Positions 59,129 through 64,000 of a DNA stretch of 64,000 bases are shown here, one piece after another. Numbering within the stretch: the stretch's first letter is position 1; each line of letters opens with the position of its first letter. The stretch comes from Oculatellaceae cyanobacterium bins.114 (GTDB taxonomy: Bacteria; Cyanobacteriota; Cyanobacteriia; Elainellales; Elainellaceae). Below the pieces are notes generated by a model, which searched no databases, was not told where the DNA came from, and saw only the letters and a program-made list of their open reading frames with translations. Where the stretch lies: contig JANRJA010000170.1 in NCBI GenBank assembly GCA_033764315.1, positions 25,885 to 89,884 of the forward strand, given 5' to 3'. Both the position numbers and the translations under genes were made by a program.

Positions 59129-59893
59129 CTACACCATACTCAACGACATCAACTCATCTGCCATATCAAAGTTGGCGGTGACGCTTTGCACATCCTCTAA
59201 ATCTTCTAGGGCATCCATTAATTTCAACAATGCCTGGGCCTGCTCAGGGTCAGTCACCTCTAGCGTGTTGTTAGGAATCCAGCGCAGATCTGTTTGCACA
59301 ATGCGATAGCCTTTGTCCTTCAAGGTTTGTTGTAAAACCTCCAGATTAGCAATGTCGGTGAATACATCGGCAATTGGTTCATCGTCCTCTTCGGTCATGT
59401 CATAGGATTCTGCTCCTCCCTCTAGCGAAGCCTCTAGCAGGGCATCTTCATCGACGACATCTGCGATGGTGACGACTCCTTTTTGTTCAAACATCCAACC
59501 GACACACCCAGTCTCACCCAAATTGCCGCCCCGCTTGCTAAAGGCGGCTCGCAGATCGGCAGCCGTGCGGTTGCGGTTGTCGGTCAGTGCCTCAATCAAA
59601 ATGGCGACTCCACCGGGACCGTATCCCTCATACCGAATTGCTTCCATCGCGTTGTCTGCCCCTAACTTGCCAGACCCTTTGGCGATCGCCCGTTCAATGT
59701 TTTCATTGGGAATTCCTGCGGCTTTAGCCTTATCAATTGCAGTTCGTAGTTGAAAATTCCCCGCCGGATCGGGAACTCCACTGCGAGCGGCAACAATAAT
59801 TTGCCGCGAAATTTTTGCAAACATCTTGCCCTTGACAGCATCAACCCTTGCTTTCTGCCGCTTGATATTTGCCCACTTACTATGTCCAGCCAT
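59129..59893 (-). CDS. yebC: YebC/PmpR family protein
   Basis: MAGHSKWANIK, YEGYGPGG, TDNRNRT, LEDLEDVQ. Confidence 0.95.
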   Translation of the reverse strand: MAGHSKWANIKRQKARVDAVKGKMFAKISRQIIVAARSGVPDPAGNFQLRTAIDKAKAAGIPNENIERAIAKGSGKLGADNAMEAIRYEGYGPGGVAILIEALTDNRNRTAADLRAAFSKRGGNLGETGCVGWMFEQKGVVTIADVVDEDALLEASLEGGAESYDMTEEDDEPIADVFTDIANLEVLQQTLKDKGYRIVQTDLRWIPNNTLEVTDPEQAQALLKLMDALEDLEDVQSVTANFDMADELMSLSMV

Positions 59894-59927
59894 GACTCCT
59901 AAAGGTGTACTAAATAACGTCCCAAAA

Positions 59928-61184
59928 CTAGGATAGGTCATCCCCGCAGGATTGCCGAATACGAGTCTGTTGACTAAACCAAACGGCACCCACAATACAA
60001 AATCCGCCCCCGATCGCGATGGTGACTGGGGCACCAATCCAACTGGCGAGCGATCCAGCTACCAAGTTACCCAAAGGAACCATTCCCATAAACGACATAA
60101 TATACAGACTCATCACCCGACCTCGTTTGTCGTCTTCAACCAGCGTCTGAATAATGGTGTTGCTAGAGGCAAATTGCAATAAAAAACTAAAGCCCACGAT
60201 CGCCATCATGACAATTGAAATCCAGACCACTCGTGATCCGGCAAACCCGATCAACCCCAACCCCATCAACGCAGGAGCAACTCCAATCAAACTGCTCAAG
60301 CCCCTCAACCCTTGCCGCAAACTGAGATAGGCACCTGCCATCAAAGCTCCAACCCCTGCCCCAGACATCAATAACCCCAAGGTAGAAGCACCCCCTCGCA
60401 AAATCTCATCCGCAAAAATAGGGGCTAGGGCAAGGTAAGGCATCCCCATAAAGCTAACAATCGCCACCAACATTAAAATCGGGCGAATTGAGGCGTCGTT
60501 CAGCGCATACTTCAACCCTTCTCGAAACTGTTGATTAATGCTGGCAAAAGAAATGGGATCACTTTTAGAAACAGTTTTGGGTTTGACTCGCATGGCCAAA
60601 AATGCGGCAATTACAGGGATATAACTCAACCCATCAATCAAAAAACAGTAGCCAACTCCCGTTGCTGTAATGATCAGTCCGGCGATCGCGGGACCCACCA
60701 ACCGCGCCCCATTAAACAAAGACGAATTGAGGGCGATCGCATTTGGTAACGCCGCGCGATCGTCAACCATTTCTGAGACAAACGCCTGTCGTAAAGGAGC
60801 ATCAAAGGCATTAATACAACCTTGAAACAATGAAAGGGCAATAATATGACTGATTTGAATGGTTCCTGATAGGGTTAACACGGCTAATGCCAGAGATTGC
60901 ACCATCCCCAAAGCCTGAGTTAGCACTAGTGCGTGTTGGCGGCTATACCGATCAACCAGGACACCACCAATGGGAGCCAACACAAAACTTGGAATCTGAC
61001 TGGCAAACCCCACGGCTCCTAACAAAAAGGCAGAATGACTAAGATGATAAACCAACCAAATTGTGGCAATTCGAGTCATCCAGGTGCCAATCAAGGAAAT
61101 GCCTTGCCCTGTAAAAAAAAGACGATAGTTTCTAAATTGAAACGCGGGAAGGTTGAACTTACGAACGATAGTAGGCTGCACCAT
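59928..61184 (-). CDS. MFS transporter
   Basis: NYRLFFTGQGISLIGTWM, GGVLVDR, FDAPLRQA, RGRVMS; about 12 TM segments. Confidence 0.9.
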   Translation of the reverse strand: MVQPTIVRKFNLPAFQFRNYRLFFTGQGISLIGTWMTRIATIWLVYHLSHSAFLLGAVGFASQIPSFVLAPIGGVLVDRYSRQHALVLTQALGMVQSLALAVLTLSGTIQISHIIALSLFQGCINAFDAPLRQAFVSEMVDDRAALPNAIALNSSLFNGARLVGPAIAGLIITATGVGYCFLIDGLSYIPVIAAFLAMRVKPKTVSKSDPISFASINQQFREGLKYALNDASIRPILMLVAIVSFMGMPYLALAPIFADEILRGGASTLGLLMSGAGVGALMAGAYLSLRQGLRGLSSLIGVAPALMGLGLIGFAGSRVVWISIVMMAIVGFSFLLQFASSNTIIQTLVEDDKRGRVMSLYIMSFMGMVPLGNLVAGSLASWIGAPVTIAIGGGFCIVGAVWFSQQTRIRQSCGDDLS

Positions 61185-61609
61185 GATCACTTGAATACAT
61201 TGAGTTAACGAGAAATTACTGAGATTGATTAAATTCTGATCTACGTGGAGATGACACTGTAAATTACGTAGTGTCTACGTATTACGCCTTAAGTGAATTC
61301 CTCATTAAATTCCCGTAATGTTTCTTTTTGAAAACGGAAACTACTCTACTCTCCAAAAAGTTTTGAAGTTACAATGAACCTACAAATAATTACTGTTCGT
61401 GTAACTTTTGTCAGTTAAACTCTTTTTAATGAGAAAATCATTGATGCTCATTAAATCCACTGAAACAACGTCTGAAATATGTGATTTCTGATTTGATAGA
61501 TGTATAGATAAACCTCTTTAAATAACTTACTTAATTTAAGATATTTAACTAAGTGAAAAAAGGGGAATCCTAGTAAATATGAAAAGTTGAATTTTAGAGA
61601 TTTTGACTA

Positions 61610-64000
61610 ATGTTCCCCAACTTTGAATCGCAGAGTTTATTAAGCGATGAAGGTAAAACAAAGGAACAACTGATGCGTGAACTCGCAGAGACGCGATCGC
61701 GCCTTTTAGAGCTTGAAACGACTCAAGCAAATCGCATGCAAGCTAACATCGAATTGCAGGAAAATTGCGATTTTTTGCAAAAAATCTTTAACAGGCTACC
61801 TCACATTCTCTACATTTTTGATCTATCTCAAGGTCGTATTAATTATATCAATGCTCAAATTAAAGAGGTTTTAGGATATCATCCTCAAGAGCTTTATAAC
61901 TCAGGGTTAGAGTGGATGGCTCAACACATTCACCCTGACGATCGCTATCTATTGCATGAAATTTCCCGACGATTTCTGCATCTGCCTGACCAAGAAATCT
62001 TGTTATCAGAATATCGATTACAACACAGCAATGGCGAGTGGCGTTGGATGAGCAACCGGGAGGTGATTTTTAGCCGCAGCGAAGACGGCACCCCCAGGCA
62101 AGTCTTAGGATGCGTCACTGATATTACAGAGCACAAGCAAGTAGAGACAGCCCTCCGACAAAGCTCAACCAAGCTGCGAGAGGCACAACATCTTGCCCAT
62201 GTTGGAAGCTGGGAGTTTGACACGGCTACCTACGCTATGCGGTGGTCAGAAGAGACCTTTCGGATTTTTGGGTTTAATCCTACTCAGCCAGAACCAACCC
62301 ATCCCGAATTTGTGCAATGGATTTACCCCGAAGACCGCCCTTCCTTTGAGCGTTTCTTAGATCGAGCGATGAAGGATGGCATTTTTAGTGAAATTGAGTA
62401 CCGTTTGGTGCGCCCCAATGGGTCGATTCGTCATATCAACCTGCGGGTCGAGGGCATCTTTAATTACGAAGGACAAGTCAGAGGGCTGTTTGGGGTAGTG
62501 ACCGATGTCACCGAACGCCGACGCTTAGAGCAACTGCTGCGATCGCAAGCTGAGCGAGAACAACTCCTGGGGCTAGTCACTCAACGCATTCACCAATCCT
62601 TGGACTTAGATGAAATCTTAACAACGGCTGTCACCGAAGTGCGGCGAACCCTGCATGTTGATCGCGCCCTGATTGTGCAGCTTCATTCGCAGGGGACAGG
62701 TTCAGTGATTAAACAAGCGATTTTGCCCAACTATCCCCTGGCGGTGCAAACGATTTTATTAAAAGACTGTCAGTCACTGGAGCACCCTGATTTTTATGGC
62801 GATCGCCAACCTCAGGTGATTGATGATGTCACGATGCATGAGTGGGCATCTTGTTTAGCAACCTTGACGCAAGACACAGCCGTAAAGTCAGAAGTGATTG
62901 TGCCTATTGTTCAAAATGCCAATGGCTCCACTCAGATCTGGGGCTTGCTTATTGTTCATGCTTGCTCTCAGCATCGTCACTGGCAACCCGCCGAGGTTGA
63001 GTTGTTGCAACACATTAGTGAGCAATTGGCGATCGCCATTCAACAATCTGAGCTATATCAACAAGTTCAACACTTTAACCTCAACCTTGAGCATCAAGTT
63101 CAACAACGCACTGTTGAGTTACAAGCCGCGCTATATTTTGAAGCCGTCCTCAAACGGATTACGGACGCTGTGCGAGATTCACTGGATGAGGCGCAAATCT
63201 TGCAGACTGCTGTCGAAGAACTGGCCTTTGCATTGAGAGTGACCCATTGCGATACGGCACTCTATAGTCACGACAAATCTACTTCCACTATCTTTTACGA
63301 CTGCACTCCAAAATCACAATCTGCCAAAGGAAAAATCATTCAGATCAGTGACTTTCCAGACATTTATCAACAACTCTTAGCCGGACATCACTTACATTTC
63401 TCAAACCTGATTATTCGTCCAGAGATCCGCCCTGATACCCAGTATTCCACCGTTCTGGCATGCCCTATTTTGAATGATCGGGAGGTGTTAGGTGATTTGT
63501 GGTTGCGCAAATCACCTAATGAAGTATTTGATGAACAAGAGATTCGTCTGGTGCACCAGGTAGCCAATCAATGTGCGATCGCCCTGCGTCAATCTCGCCT
63601 CTATCAGGCTTCTCAGGCTCAAGTCCAGGAACTCGAACAGTTAAACCGGCTCAAAGATGACTTTTTGAGCACCGTCTCTCATGAACTGCGTACTCCGCTC
63701 ACCAACATTAAAATGGCGACCCAAATGCTCGAACTTTTGTTAAAGCAATTGGGCATTTTGAGTACGGCTACCAATCCGGATGCCAATGCTCTACCCTCTC
63801 AAAACAACGTCGATCGCTACTTTCAAATTTTGAAAACGGAGTGTCAACGAGAAATTGGTCTGGTCAATGATTTGCTCGATCAAAATCGGCTAGAGGCGAA
63901 TATAGAACCAATAACCCAGGCAAAAAAAGACATACAAAAGATTATTCATCTGATAATCAAAAAATTTACAAAGATGAAAAACAGAAAAAAAAAAAAACAT
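61610..64000 (+). CDS. PAS-PAS-GAF-GAF sensor histidine kinase (runs off window)
   Basis: From ATG 61610: MFPNFESQ..KTKEQL; IHPDD and IYPED PAS motifs; SLDLDEILTTAVTEVR...WGLLIVH..C..R.W GAF; FLSTVSHELRTPL H-box. All translated segments are in one frame. Confidence 0.9.
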   Translation, partial: MFPNFESQSLLSDEGKTKEQLMRELAETRSRLLELETTQANRMQANIELQENCDFLQKIFNRLPHILYIFDLSQGRINYINAQIKEVLGYHPQELYNSGLEWMAQHIHPDDRYLLHEISRRFLHLPDQEILLSEYRLQHSNGEWRWMSNREVIFSRSEDGTPRQVLGCVTDITEHKQVETALRQSSTKLREAQHLAHVGSWEFDTATYAMRWSEETFRIFGFNPTQPEPTHPEFVQWIYPEDRPSFERFLDRAMKDGIFSEIEYRLVRPNGSIRHINLRVEGIFNYEGQVRGLFGVVTDVTERRRLEQLLRSQAEREQLLGLVTQRIHQSLDLDEILTTAVTEVRRTLHVDRALIVQLHSQGTGSVIKQAILPNYPLAVQTILLKDCQSLEHPDFYGDRQPQVIDDVTMHEWASCLATLTQDTAVKSEVIVPIVQNANGSTQIWGLLIVHACSQHRHWQPAEVELLQHISEQLAIAIQQSELYQQVQHFNLNLEHQVQQRTVELQAALYFEAVLKRITDAVRDSLDEAQILQTAVEELAFALRVTHCDTALYSHDKSTSTIFYDCTPKSQSAKGKIIQISDFPDIYQQLLAGHHLHFSNLIIRPEIRPDTQYSTVLACPILNDREVLGDLWLRKSPNEVFDEQEIRLVHQVANQCAIALRQSRLYQASQAQVQELEQLNRLKDDFLSTVSHELRTPLTNIKMATQMLELLLKQLGILSTATNPDANALPSQNNVDRYFQILKTECQREIGLVNDLLDQNRLEANIEPITQAKKDIQKIIHLIIKKFTKMKNRKKKKH

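Noticed and set aside
63880..64000. A-rich end of the kinase resembling adenine-directed mutagenesis or a poly(A) tail
   Set aside because: It degrades progressively toward the window edge, which is most consistent with low-quality base calls at a contig end.
1..64000. High frequency of GCGATCGC
   Set aside because: This is the well-known cyanobacterial HIP1 octamer and is only taxonomically informative.

Overview
Cyanobacterial chromosome segment: HIP1 octamer GCGATCGC throughout, psbO, petBD, ctpA, sigF, clpP and a cyanobacterial-type 6S RNA. Most of it is housekeeping and conserved-hypothetical genes. It also has a gmd/GT4 sugar cluster, a large DUF4347/DUF4394/Calx-beta/RTX surface protein, a ligase-Lhr helicase-PdeM repair cluster split by an SDR, a heme-oxygenase-like diiron enzyme plus NPPY methyltransferase pair, two tandem dynamin-like genes, an SplB-like radical SAM gene and a truncated PAS/GAF histidine kinase at the right edge. 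The most unusual region is 47.7-52.1 kb: a tandem REP array, a MITE, 21-bp repeats, a 5'-truncated TIR gene and a stand-alone HUH/Y1 (RAYT-like) nuclease that converges on a NACHT-GUN4 gene. The last ~50 nt of that gene give a short C-terminus and stop in all three frames (LFSRTDL*, LFSRAQTCKL*, SFLAHRLVNCSTRQS*), directly after a G-rich 33-nt segment. This suggests a frameshift-tolerant, hypervariable C-terminus, possibly an RT-independent diversification system (inference). All calls come from reading motifs by eye; no database searches were run.
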